The notes under the pieces: model-generated
The model's database searches: none
What the model saw: only the letters and a program-made list of their open reading frames with translations
What the model was told of the DNA's origin: nothing
Position numbers and translations under genes: made by a program
Part shown: piece by piece, positions 1 through 11,949 of the stretch
Position numbering within the stretch: the first letter of the stretch is position 1
Layout: each line of letters starts with the position of its first letter
Assembly (NCBI GenBank): GCA_000004695.1
Contig: CM000151.3
Location: 2,880,001-2,944,000 of the forward strand
DNA length: 64,000 nt
Direction of reading: 5' to 3'
DNA from: Dictyostelium discoideum
Lineage: Eukaryota

Positions 1-682
1 TTTCATCAATACACTTTGAATTTGTATTTGTAGTTGTAGTAGTTGTCATTGTGGCCGTCGTTGCCGTCATCATGGTCGTCGTCATTGTATATTCCTGTAT
101 ATTACTACTACTACTACTATTACTATTATTATAATTTTGTGAATTTAATGGTGGTGTAGTTGTTGCACTAGATGGTAAACTATTATTATTACAATAATTA
201 CTTTGATTGTTATTATTTTGATTATTTTGACTATTTTGATTATTTTGATTATTTTGATTATTTTGATTTTGATTTTGATTAACTATTTGAACCATACCAT
301 TAACATTTTTATAATAATTTGAATAAGGTAATGAGGAACCTGTTTGAGGATCGAATAAAGTTAAAATTGCCCATGATTTAAATTTACCAGTTTGATCAAT
401 TTCTGAAGGTGTATCTTGTTTTTGAAGATAGTTTAATAGATTATGTTTTTGTTGATTAAATATGGTTAGATCAGGTGTTGAACCAAGATAAGGTGCAGAA
501 ACAAAAATTGAATAATGTGGTGAACTGAATTGAACTGCAACCATAAATTTAATGCCATATATGTTATTAATTGGATCAAAGTATTCCTTTTTCTTTGAAT
601 CTGCTATTGTAGTTTTAATAGTGATACAATCAACTATTAAACCAATATGATATGGATTCTTTTGAATTTTAAAATTATTTTG

Positions 683-724
<42 letters not shown>

Positions 725-733
725 ATTATTTGA

Positions 734-775
<42 letters not shown>

Positions 776-1195
776 ACCATTAACTGATGGTCTAAATATA
801 TCAAATGGTAAATCTCTTTTTGAAAGTTGATCAATTACAATACGTATCTTTTGTACAACCCGACTAATTGTAACTTGAGTAACGTTAAACATTTTACTAA
901 TGTGTGTTGTGCTTGATCCTGCTTTACTAAATGCTAAATATAATAATAATTTATCGAAATTATTGAATTTATTCTTTTTGAAATCACTAAAATAATGTTT
1001 ACAAACTTCACATAATACCAAAATTTCCCTCTCTGTAAAATTTATAATTTCATTAAAACTATTCTCTTGTTTTAATTTTTTAAATATATTTGAATATTCT
1101 TCAATATTTAATTCTGAATCTTCACAATTATTATTATTTTGATTATTTTGATTATTTTGATTATCATCACTATAATATTCATCATCTTCTGAAAA

Positions 1196-1264
<69 letters not shown>

Positions 1265-1533
1265 ATTATTATTATTGTTATTATTATTATTATTATTATT
1301 ATTAAATGATGATTTTGAATTTAATGTTGGTGAAGTTGATAAAGGTGTTGTTGATGCTTTTCCTTCAATATATTGTTTCTTTTTATCTAAATATTCAACC
1401 AATTCTCCAATATTTTTGGCAATATCGGGTTTACTAAATTGAGTTTGTGTTTTTATTGGTTGATACTTTGAGGGTTTACTATTTGGTTTTGGATCTTGGG
1501 TGTTTTATATCCATTATAATTGTCTTTATTGGA

Positions 1534-1623
<90 letters not shown>

Positions 1624-1647
1624 AGTACTATTAATATTATTATTCAT
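1..1647 (-). mobile_element. Harbinger/PIF-type (HARBI1-like) DDE nuclease/transposase-like ORF, partial; it runs off the left edge of the window. HTH around 870-960, DDE_Tnp_4-like core around 330-640, N/Q-rich spacers encoded by (AAT)n.
   Basis: Codon-by-codon minus-strand translation gives one frame open from the TAA at about 1505-1507 down to position 1 (>480 codons). It contains 'LLLYLAFSKAGSSTTHISKMFNVTQVTISRVVQKI', comparable to the HARBI1 HTH '[35 protein letters not shown]'. It also contains 'GLIVDCITIKTT...YFDPINNIYGIKFMVAVQFSSPHYSIFVSAPYLGSTPDLTIF', comparable to HARBI1 'GVVDCIHVAIKAP...[39 protein letters not shown]'. This ORF is absent from the supplied ORF track. The only ATG-initiated ORF here (1453..1647, poly-Asn) is in another frame, and no credible donor/acceptor pair joins the two, so a frame break or unusual start near 1500 is unresolved. 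Confidence 0.45.
1526..1625. repeat. (ATT/AAT)n coding microsatellite, representative of many in this window
   Basis: A perfect (att)33 run. Equivalent runs at 660-780, 1195-1310, 3822-3910, 16960-17065, 31200-31400, 47400-47515, 50455-50520 and 61180-61245 are translated as poly-Asn inside ORFs. Confidence 0.9.
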
Positions 1648-1802
1648 ATTTTTTAAATTATTACTATTATTGCTATAGTAATATTTTAATTTTTAAATTG
1701 TAAATCTATTTTTTTTATTTTAAATTTATATATAAAATATATAAATTATTATTATTTGGTTATTGTTTGTTTTTTTTATTTTTTTGGTTTTGGTTTTTTT
1801 CA

Positions 1803-1833
<31 letters not shown>

Positions 1834-2032
1834 CTGTTATATCTATTTTTTTTTATATCAATTTTTTTTTTTTAATTTTTTTTTTTTTTAATTTTTTAAA
1901 TCTTTTTTTTTTTTTTAAAAAAATTTTTTTTTTTGTCTGTAATGGACAAAAAAAAAAAAGAAAAAAAGTTGTGAAAATAGTCTTAAAAACTTTGTTGGTG
2001 CCGACAGTGAATAGTTTGAATTATTAAAATAC

Positions 2033-2092
<60 letters not shown>

Positions 2093-3009
2093 TTTAGTTT
2101 ATTATTATTATTTATTATTATTATTATTATTATTTTACTATTTTTATTATTATTATCATATAGATTTTTATTATTATTTTTATTTTTATTATTATTTTAA
2201 TTATTATTTTTATTTTTATTATTATTATTATTTAATTTAAATTACAAAAAGATAAAGGTAAAAAAAAAAATGCATGTGTGAAATTTTTGTTGGAAAAAAG
2301 TTTATTTACTTTTTTTAAAAGAAAAAAAAGTAAAAAACAATAATACAACAAGATTAAAATGAGTTTGTTTGGAGTGGTATGACAATGCTGTTGTTGGAAA
2401 TGCATTAAACAAAAAAAAAAAATTAAAAAATTAAAAAAAAAAATAAAAAATTTGAATTTTTTCGATTAAAAAAATTTTTTTTTATTTTTTTCAATTTTAT
2501 AATCAAAATGGAGTCGTTTTGAAAAAAAAATTGTTTAGAAAGGTAATGGGAGCAGAAAAAAAAAAAAAAATGTTAAAAATAGAAATTAATTTTGAAGTTT
2601 TCAAAAAATTAAAAAAAAAAATAAAAAAAATAAAAAAAAAAATAAATAAAAAATAAAAATAATAATGATAATTAATAAAAAAAAAAGAAATAAAATTAAA
2701 CAAATAAATTTTTTTAAAAAAAAAAAAAATAAAAAAAAAATAGTAAAAATAAAAAAAAAAAAAAAAAAAGAAAAAAAATTATTGTGTAAAATGGTTTTAA
2801 AAAATATCTTGGTTTTACAAAAAAACCCTGCACAAAAATAAATAAAAAAAAAAAAAAAATAAAAAAAAAAAAGACAAGTCTGCCATGATTTCTCAATTCC
2901 AAATTTTTTTTTTTTTTTTATTATCATTTTTATTTTTTTTTAATTTTTTTTTTCTTCCCACTTGTCCATCAAATTTTAAATATCTTGAAAGATGGGGCAA
3001 TTCTATTTT

Positions 3010-3067
<58 letters not shown>

Positions 3068-3210
3068 AAAATCAAAAACACATTTTTCCCATTTTTCCAA
3101 AAATTTTTTTTGATCAAAAAAAAAATAAAAAAAAAATAAAAAAAAAAATAAAAATTAATTTTATTTTTTTTTTTTTCAAAAATAAAATAAAATAAAAAAT
3201 AATAAAATAA

Positions 3211-3823
3211 ATGTTTAAATCTTTTGATGGATTAAAATTATCGAATTCAGAGTTAGAGGGAAGGTATATTATAGCAAATAGAGATATTGACATTGGAGAG
3301 AGTATATTAAAATGTAAATCATATTTTGCAGTTACATGTGAAGATTTTAAAAAGAATAGTTGTTACAATTGTATAAAGTTAATTAAATCACCATCACCTC
3401 AACAAGTACCAAGATGTTTTGGATGTAATGAAGTTTGGTATTGTAGTGAAAAATGTAAACAAGATAATCAAGCAAAACATCAACATTATGAATGTGCATT
3501 TTTCAACAATATAAAATCACCAAAATTAATTCAAAATTCAAAACTCGATTTCGATTCATACTCTGAAATCAGAATAATACTTGGTTTACTCTCAAGATAT
3601 TATCAAGATAAATTATTAAATAATAAATTCAATTCATCAATAATAATAAATAATCAACAAGATGATGAAGAAGATTTTATAAAAGATACATTGGATGGTG
3701 TATTAGATTTAGTAGAAAATGATATAAATGAAGAAACAAATAGTGTAGCAAAAGAATATATTGATAATATTATTGAATATATTATAAATATATTAAAATT
3801 AACAATAAATAATAATAGTAATG

Positions 3824-3913
<90 letters not shown>

Positions 3914-4452
3914 TTGAAGAATTAATTAAATTAATTAGACCATTAATTCAAAAAGTTAGATGTAATCAATTTGGAATTTGGACAAAGAATGATAAATGTA
4001 TTGGTATGGCAGTATCACCAAGTAGTAGTTATTTTAATCATTCATGTATACCAAATTGTGAATCGGTTAGAGATGGTAGTGATATGACATTTAAATCATT
4101 ATTTCCAATTAAAAAAGGTGACCAAATTAATATCTCTTATTTGGCATTAGATAAATCAACTAAAAGACGTAGAGATTATTTGAAATTTGGTTACTACTTT
4201 CATTGTCAATGTCCAAGATGTAATTCAACAGATATTGATCCAACTGGTAAATTAGAGGATTCATTAGATAATTGGATTTCAAAATTTTATTGCCATCAAA
4301 AGAAATGTACAGGTTTATATTATTCAAAATTAAAATTATCACTACAATCATTAACCAACATTGATAATCATGAAATTCAATTATCATGTTCAACTTGTAA
4401 TGATCAATTAATTGTTAATTCAAATTTTTATTTAAATAAACCAAATTATTAA
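3211..4452 (+). CDS. SET and MYND domain (SMYD-type) lysine methyltransferase, copy A, 413 aa, single exon
   Basis: Intact ORF. SET N-region 'GRYIIANRDIDIGESILKCKSYFAV'. MYND finger 'CYNCIK..CFGCNEVWYCSEKCKQDNQAKHQHYEC'. SET core 'NHSCIPNC'. Post-SET 'FHCQCPRCN'. Internal (AAT)30 poly-Asn tract at 3822-3910. Confidence 0.85.
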
Positions 4453-4697
4453 ATAAAAAAAAAAAAAAATAAAAAATAAAAAAACATATTTTCTCACATA
4501 AAATTTAAATCCCGATTTCATGCCACTTTTTTTTTCACATTTTTATTTTTATTTTCACATTTTTTTTTTTTTTTTATTTTTATTTTTTTTTATTTTTATT
4601 TTTTTTTATTTTTATTTTTTTTTTTCTAAAACACAGTTTTGTGGTTTTTACTGATCGAAAAAAAAAAAAATTAAAAAATTAATAAATTAATTATTAA

Positions 4698-5858
4698 ATG
4701 TTTAAATCTTTTAATGGATTAGAATTAAAAAGTTCAGAGAATGAAGGTCGTTATTTAATAGCAACTCGTGATATTCAAATTGGAGAAGATTTATTAAAAT
4801 GTAAATCATATTTTGCAGTTACATCAGAAACTTTAAAAACAACATCATGTTTTAATTGTATTAAACAATTACCATCAGTTATTAAATTATCATTAAAATG
4901 TAATCAATGTAATGAAATTTGGTATTGTAATGAACAATGTAAAAATGAAAATATTAATAAACATCAACATTATGAATGTAAATTTTATAAAAAATTAAAA
5001 TCACCAAAATTAAAAGTTTATCCAAATTTTGATATTGAAACATTTACAGAAATTAGAATGATCGTTGGTTTGTTATCAAGATATTATCAAGATATTTTAT
5101 TAAATAATAAATTTATTGAACAACAATTAAATAACAACAATAATAATAATAATGATAATGAACAATTAACAAATACATTAGATGATGTTTTTGATTTAGT
5201 AGAAAATCAAGTTACAGAAGAATCAAATCCAGCAGCAAAAGAAAGAATTGATTCAATCGTTGAATTTATAAGTGAATTGTTTAATTTAGTATTATTAGGG
5301 TCAACAACAACAAAATCAATAATTAATAATGATGATAAAATTGAAATGATTAGGAAAATTAATGAAAAAAGTAGATCAATTATACATAAAACTAGATGTA
5401 ATCAATTTGGAATTTGGACAAAGAATGATAAGTGTATTGGTGTTGCAGTATCACCAAGTAGTAGTTATTTTAATCATTCTTGTATACCAAATTGTACAGA
5501 TGTTAGAGATGGTAGTAATATGACATTTAAATCATTATATCCAATTAAAAAGGGTGACCAATTGACAATATCTTATATTGAATTAGATCAACCAATACAA
5601 GATAGAAAAGATGAATTAAAGTATGGTTATTACTTTGATTGTATTTGTCCAAGATGTAATGGTGATTCAAATTCAATTGATTCAATGGATAATTGGATTT
5701 CAAAGTTTTATTGTTCTCAAAAGAAATGTACAGGTTTATATTATTCAAAACCAATGATACCAATTTTAAATACATTAACTTCAAATCATGAAATTCAATT
5801 ATCTTGTTCAAATTGTAATAATATTAATATAGTTACACCTTCTTTTTTTAATAAATAA
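4698..5858 (+). CDS. SET and MYND domain (SMYD-type) lysine methyltransferase, copy B, 386 aa; tandem paralog of 3211..4452
   Basis: Same architecture and the same N-terminus 'MFKSF(D/N)GL' as copy A. 'NHSCIPNC' and 'CICPRCN' are present. Lies about 250 bp downstream of copy A in the same orientation. Confidence 0.85.
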   Translation: MFKSFNGLELKSSENEGRYLIATRDIQIGEDLLKCKSYFAVTSETLKTTSCFNCIKQLPSVIKLSLKCNQCNEIWYCNEQCKNENINKHQHYECKFYKKLKSPKLKVYPNFDIETFTEIRMIVGLLSRYYQDILLNNKFIEQQLNNNNNNNNDNEQLTNTLDDVFDLVENQVTEESNPAAKERIDSIVEFISELFNLVLLGSTTTKSIINNDDKIEMIRKINEKSRSIIHKTRCNQFGIWTKNDKCIGVAVSPSSSYFNHSCIPNCTDVRDGSNMTFKSLYPIKKGDQLTISYIELDQPIQDRKDELKYGYYFDCICPRCNGDSNSIDSMDNWISKFYCSQKKCTGLYYSKPMIPILNTLTSNHEIQLSCSNCNNINIVTPSFFNK

Positions 5859-6385
5859 ATAAATAATTATTTTAATTTTCACTCTTTTTTTAAATTTTAT
5901 TATTATTATTAAGCTTGTTATAATTTATTTATTTATTCTTTTTAGGAAAAAAAAAAAAAAAAAAAAAAAAATAGTTTCTATTTGTTTTAAAATTAAAAGA
6001 TGAAAAGAATATATTAAACATTAATACTTTTCCATTTTATATAAAAATGGAAATTTTTTTTTTAATTAACACTCTTTTCAATTTTAATATATCAAACAAA
6101 TGAGTAAATAATTGAGGTATCATTTAATTTAAAAAAAAAAAAACAAGTAAATTGTTTGGAGATATTATAAAAAAAAAAGATTAAATAATAATAATTTTTA
6201 AAATCTTTAATATTTTTAAAAAATTTATTAATTTATTTTTATTTAATGTAAAATAACAATAAATTTTTTTTTTTAAAAATTTTTAAATATTTATTATGTT
6301 TGTTATAAATATTTTATGTTTCATTATTATTTTTTTTTATTTTTTATTTTAAATTTTTATTTTTTATTTTTTTTTTTTATTATTA

Positions 6386-6678
6386 CTAATTTTCTAATTG
6401 TACATCACAATTATCTCTACATTTTTGCATTAGTACAACGCATTTTGACCATTCAGTTTTACAAAATTCTCTATTATCATCAACACAATCACTATAACAA
6501 TCACCATTTATTCCATTTGATGATATTATCATTAAATAAACCACTAAAAAAATACAAAAAAAGAGAGTTAATTTCTAAAAGATTAAAATTTGTTTTTTAA
6601 AAAAAAAATATTTTATTGTTAATAAAAAATATGTATAAATAAATAAAAAAATTGTTAAAAAAAATTTTATTTTACCAT
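6386..6678 (-). CDS. Secreted 6-Cys mini-protein A, 63 aa (signal peptide plus C-x3-C-x7-C-x6-C-x6-C-x3-C)
   Basis: Exon 1 is only the ATG (6676..6678), followed directly by a GTAAAA donor. Acceptor 'cttttag' precedes exon 2 (6386..6574, stop included). Protein: MKLTLFFCIFLVVYLMIISSNGINGDCYSDCVDDNREFCKTEWSKCVVLMQKCRDNCDVQLEN. Without the splice the ORF has no signal peptide and falls below the ORF-track cutoff. Confidence 0.5.
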
Positions 6679-7020
6679 TATTCTATTTTTATTTTGTTTC
6701 AATAATTAGATTTTATAAATTAAAAAAAAAAAAAAAAAAAAAAAAGTTAAAACCCTTGTCAAATTTAAAAATCTTTTTTTAAATTTTTGTTTTTATTTTA
6801 AAATAAAAAAAAAAAAAAAAAAATATTAAAAAACAAAAAAAAAAAAAAAAATAATAGTAATTAATGGGTGGTATTAATAAAGTTTTTTTCATATAATTTC
6901 ATTAATATTTATACCAAAAACACCCACAAAAAAGGAGATCTTATTAATTATTACCATTTTTTGAAATTATATACATAATTACCCCCAACAAAAAAAAAAA
7001 AAAAATAATTATTTCTTTTT

Positions 7021-7056
<36 letters not shown>

Positions 7057-7232
7057 CTTTTTTATTTATTTTTAAATTTGATTAAAAAAAAAAAAAAACA
7101 TATTATTACATAAAAAATTTAATTATTATTTTTTTAAATTTATATTTATTTTTAATTCATTGATATGTTTTAAAATTTTCATTTATTATTATAATTATTA
7201 TAATTGATATTATTATTATTTTTAAAATTTAT

Positions 7233-7424
7233 TTATTTTTGTTCAATACCAAATTCAATATTACAACTTTCTTGGCATTTACCAACAACTACATCACAAA
7301 GAAATTGATCCTTTCCACAGTATCTAGTATTCTTTTTGAAGCAATTTGCATAACATTCATTCACATTACCAAGGGAAAAACTTATTGTTATTATAATAAT
7401 AATAATTACAATCAAGATATTCAT
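7233..7424 (-). CDS. Secreted 6-Cys mini-protein B, 63 aa; paralog of 6386..6678
   Basis: ORF in track: MNILIVIIIIIITISFSLGNVNECYANCFKKNTRYCGKDQFLCDVVVGKCQESCNIEFGIEQK. The Cys spacing is identical to peptide A (gaps 3,7,6,6,3) and there is an N-terminal hydrophobic signal. Confidence 0.55.
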   Translation of the reverse strand: MNILIVIIIIIITISFSLGNVNECYANCFKKNTRYCGKDQFLCDVVVGKCQESCNIEFGIEQK

Positions 7425-7646
7425 TTTGTTCTACAATTATAAAATTTTGTTGAGAAAATAAAAAAAAAAAAAAATAAATGAAAATAATTAATATTTTAAA
7501 ACGTTATTATAAATAATACCACATTATCCATACCATTTTTTATAGTATACTATTATTTTTTTAATTTTACTGTTAATTTTAAATTTATAATTATTAAATA
7601 AAAAAATAAAAAAAAAAACTTTGTTTTTATAGTGATAAAATTAAAG

Positions 7647-7683
<37 letters not shown>

Positions 7684-8074
7684 AAATTAAAAATATATTT
7701 GTTTTTTCATTAAAATGAATTTAAAGAAAAAAAGCTACCCTAAATTCTACTTTAATCATCATCACATATGAAATAAATCATTATCTAAAAGATTCAAGTA
7801 TGGGTATATATAAAAATTTTAATATACTTACTTTTTGATTATTTATTATTTTTTTTTTATAATAAAAAATATGTCTATTAGATTATTTTATTTTATTTTA
7901 TTTTATTTTTTTAGTATCAATATTATTATTATTATTACTATTTGTTTTTATTATTTTTTTTTTTGTTTTTTATTTTTTTTTTTTTTATTTTTTTTTATTT
8001 ATTCATTTTCCAAATTGTCAATGTTTCATTCACACTAATTTTTTTATTTTTAATATTTTATTATTTTAATTTTA

Positions 8075-8174
8075 NNNNNNNNNNNNNNNNNNNNNNNNNN
8101 NNNNNNNNNNNNNNNNNNNNNNNNNNNNNNNNNNNNNNNNNNNNNNNNNNNNNNNNNNNNNNNNNNNNNNNNNN
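8075..8174. other. Assembly gap (100 x N)
   Basis: A run of exactly 100 'n' characters. Confidence 1.
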
Positions 8175-9560
8175 TTTTTTTTTTTTTTCCTAAAAACCAA
8201 AAAAATAACCAAATAAATATTATTAGTATGGAGATGACTTTTTTATTTTTAAAAAAATAAAAGTAAAAAAAAGTTATCGGTCCATTTGTATTTTTTTTTT
8301 TTTTTTATTCATTTTTTCTTTTTTTTTAAATTTAACTGTTTGCCTCATTATTTATAATAATAATAATGATTATTAATGATTTTAAAATTTTTATTTTTTG
8401 TAGTTTATTTATTATGTTACCCCCTTTTTAATTTTTAATTTTACTTTTTATTTTTACTTTTTTACTTTATAAAATTTTTTATTTTTTTTAAATTTTTAAA
8501 AATATTAACTAGGTAATTTTATTTGTAAATAATAATAATAATAATTTTGTATTAAAATAATTAATTATGTATTTTGATAAACAAAATGATGTTTCCCTTG
8601 GTATGACCTTTTTGTTTATATTCTAATTTTTGTTAATCATTTAAGGTTTCAATAGGGTGAATCTTTTATTATATTTTCTATTGTTCTAGAAGGTTTACTT
8701 TAATACTTGCTTTTGGGCAGATATTTTAAGTGATAATGGTATAGTTTTTTTAGTTTGTAGCTCTTTACTCCTTTGTTGTTGTTTAGTGTAACTTTATTTT
8801 TATTTTTATTTTTATAAATATTATTTATAATAATAAAATTATAATTTTTTTAAAAACTATTATCATCAACAGTCATACAATTTCCATAGCAGTTAAACAA
8901 GTAAAAATAATTTATAAATCACTCTAATCATTAACATAAAATAGTTAAAATAATAATAATAATAAAAATAATTATATATAATGATTATATATAATGATAA
9001 AAGTTCCTTGTTTTTTTTTTTTTTTTTTTCAAAAATCAAAAATGTAAATAATTTAAAACTTTAAAATCTTTGTTTTAATTAAAACAATATTTTTCCTTGG
9101 TTTTATAATTATTAATGTTTTTTTTCCTTTTAATAAATAAAATAAAATAAAAAATAAAAATAAAAAATAAAAATAAAAAATCTCCTTAAAATTTTTATAC
9201 TTCTTAAATAATTAATTAATTATTTATAAAAAATAAATTGGATTTATTGGACATACAAAGGTTTTTTTTGTTGTTTTTTTTTATTTTTTTTAGGGGGTGA
9301 CATAGAATTTCATTAATTTATTTCATCAATATTTTATCAACTACAGCAACAAGCATTGATGAGATAATAAATCAAATAAAAAAATAAAACTATTTAATTT
9401 ATTTTTTTCCTATAATCTTTAATGAAAATACTTGTTTAAAATAACCTTTGTTCCACCTTCAAAGTTTTCCATTAATACGAATATTTCAGGTTTTTTTTTT
9501 TTTTTTTTTTTTTTATTATTTTAAATAACCCAACCATATCTTTTTTCTATTTTTATAATT

Positions 9561-9593
<33 letters not shown>

Positions 9594-10082
9594 TAAAGAT
9601 TAAATTTAAATCTAAAAACTGGGTGTTATTTTATTTGTCAGTTGTTACTTTATCTTATTATATGTGGGAAAAAATGTCTCCCGTGATGATTTTTATCGTT
9701 TACAAGCAAAACTAGTATTAACTATTTTTTGTAAAACCTCAAAGATGAACAATCAAGTTTTTTTTTTTTTTGTAGTGCACTCAAAATGGGAAACAATTTA
9801 TAAAAAAAATTTGTTTAGAAAAACAATTAAAAAAAAATAAAAAAAATCATAAATTAATAACAAATAAAAAAAAATGATAAAAAAAAAAGGGGTTAAAAAT
9901 AGAATTAATTCTTTTTTTTTTCATTATTTATTATAATAAATCAATATTGATTATTTTATTTTTTTTATTTTTGAAAATCAAAAAAAAAAAAAAGAAAAAA
10001 AAGATACCAAAATGACAAATTTGTCCGAGTCAATATCAAAATATATTTTACAAACTAAAAAAAATCATTTTTTATCCAATTT

Positions 10083-10188
10083 TAACAGATCCAAAACAAA
10101 ATAACTATAGGTGTATAATTGAACCTGAATTTTATTCTGAATTTTAGGTTTAATTAAACCTCTACTATTATTTTGTTTTGTATCTGTT
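10083..10188. repeat. ~105-bp hairpin element: ~25-nt terminal inverted repeats plus an internal perfect palindrome
   Basis: Left arm 'ttttaacagatccaaaacaaaataa'. The reverse complement of the right arm 'ttattttgttttgtatctgttaaaa' matches it with one mismatch. An internal perfect palindrome 'ggtttaattaaacc' and near-repeated 'ctgaatttta' lie in between. Confidence 0.5.
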
Positions 10189-10720
10189 AAAAATGGAAAA
10201 AAAATGAATATTTGAGTTTCTAAAATATATCTTTGAATTTCTCCTTTTAATCTAGATTTGATTTTTTTTTTTTTTTTTTTCCTTTTCAGAATTAATTCTT
10301 TCTACTTCACTTTAATAATAAATTTAAAAACATTAAAATTTAATTATTATACAATTATTAAAAAAAAAAAAAAAAAAAAAAATTACCTTTTTAAAACCCA
10401 TTGAAATTGTTGCAGTGATTATATAATGCTTGATATGGTTGAAATGGATTGGTCCATCCATTTCCTGTTGACTGGTTGTTGAGGTTTGATCGATTAAAAA
10501 AAAAAAAAAAATATGATTTAGTCAATCAAATAACAAAGAAAAATGATTAAAGTGAATAAAAAAAAAAAAAAAAGTTAAATAATTACCTATAAAAATTAAC
10601 AGCGGGTCTGTCAATAATGGTAATGTTCAGATCTGAATTCAATTTAATTTTTTTATTTTTTTTAATTTTATTTTTTTTTTTTTTTTTTATTTCAATTTTT
10701 TTTAATTTTTTTTTTTTTTT

Positions 10721-10768
<48 letters not shown>

Positions 10769-10794
10769 CAAAAAACTACCAAATTTCAAACAAA

Positions 10795-11352
10795 ATGATA
10801 TACAACATATATATATTTAATAAAGACGGAACATGTATATATTATGAAGATTGGAATAAAAAAAAACAGTCTCAAAATCAATCAGAGGATCAAAAATTAT
10901 TGTTTGGTATGCTTTATTCCTTAAAAGCATTTATTACTTCATCATCACCAAAAAAGTATGTTTTTTTTTTTTTACTCCTATTTATATTTACATTTATAAA
11001 AAAAAAAAAAATACCACAAATTCTGGTATAAAAAAAATTAATTATAATGACTAATAATCTTTTTTTTTTTTTTTTTCCTTTTAGAATTGACGATAAAACA
11101 GGATTTCATTGTTATAAAACATCAACTTATAAATTACATTATTATGAAACATTATCATGTATTAAATTTATAATAATGTCTGACCCAAATGTCCCTGACC
11201 TTAGAGATGATTTAAAAAAGATATACAGTCAAATTTTTGTAGAATATGTTATAAAGAATCCAATCTATAAACATGGTACAACAGTAAAATGTGATACTTT
11301 CATTAATCAGTTAAATTTATATTTAAAACAAATGCCTTCTTTTTCAAGTTAA
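10795..11352 (+). CDS. trappc1: TRAPP complex subunit 1 (Bet5/TRAPPC1), 2 exons: 10795..10955 and 11085..11352
   Basis: Exon 1 'MIYNIYIFNKDGTCIYYEDWNKKK..LFGMLYSLKAFITSSSPKK' matches human TRAPPC1 '[38 protein letters not shown]'. Exon 2 'IDDKTGFHCYKTSTYKLHYYETLSCIKFIIMSDPN..LKKIYSQIFVEYVIKNP' matches '..FQTSRYKLHYYETPTGIKVVMNTD..ALYVELVVKNP'. Donor AA|GTATGT; acceptor ttttag|A; phase 2. Confidence 0.9.
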
Positions 11353-11832
11353 AAAAAAGAAGAAAAAAAAAGAAAAAAAAAAAAAAGATTAACAGGTTTC
11401 AATAAAATGTAATATAATATATTTCACCATTTATAATAAAAATTATAAAGTAAATTAATAAATCTAGGGACCTTAATTCTAAATCTAATAAATATTTAAT
11501 TAACAATAAAAAAAAAAAAAAAATAATAATAATAATAATCATTTAATTAAATTTTAAACTATTTATAAATAATAATAAAATAATGTAATATATTTAGTTT
11601 TTAAATATAAAAATTATTTATTTAAAAATAAAATAAAATAAAATAAAAATTATTTAAAATCTATTTCAATTGGAGTATACGAAAAACTATAATGTAATAA
11701 TATCGATATTATTACATGTATTTATTTTTTTTTATTTTTTTTTTTTATAAAAATAATGTCAATTTGACATAATAAATATAAAGTATAAATAAATTTAAGC
11801 TGTGTTTGGGTTGTTGTTATTATCATTGATCT

Positions 11833-11922
<90 letters not shown>

Positions 11923-11949
11923 TTAAATGTTAGTAAATTGGATGATATT

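Noticed and set aside
1767-3195. Poly-Phe/Lys/Ile 'ORFs' (1767..2027, 2503..2927, 2885..3195) in the 1.7-3.2 kb region
   Set aside because: They are translations of poly(T)/poly(A) intergenic spacer, homopolymer runs of up to 50 nt, with no coding signal.
9600-10560. Short ATG-led ORFs (18-36 aa) and an N/Q-rich 33-codon minus-strand frame at 10395-10500
   Set aside because: They are too short with no convincing splice partners. They may be untranslated spacer or fragments of an unresolved small gene.
10583-10820. Poly-Lys/poly-Phe ORFs just upstream of trappc1
   Set aside because: They are translations of an (A)n/(T)n promoter spacer.
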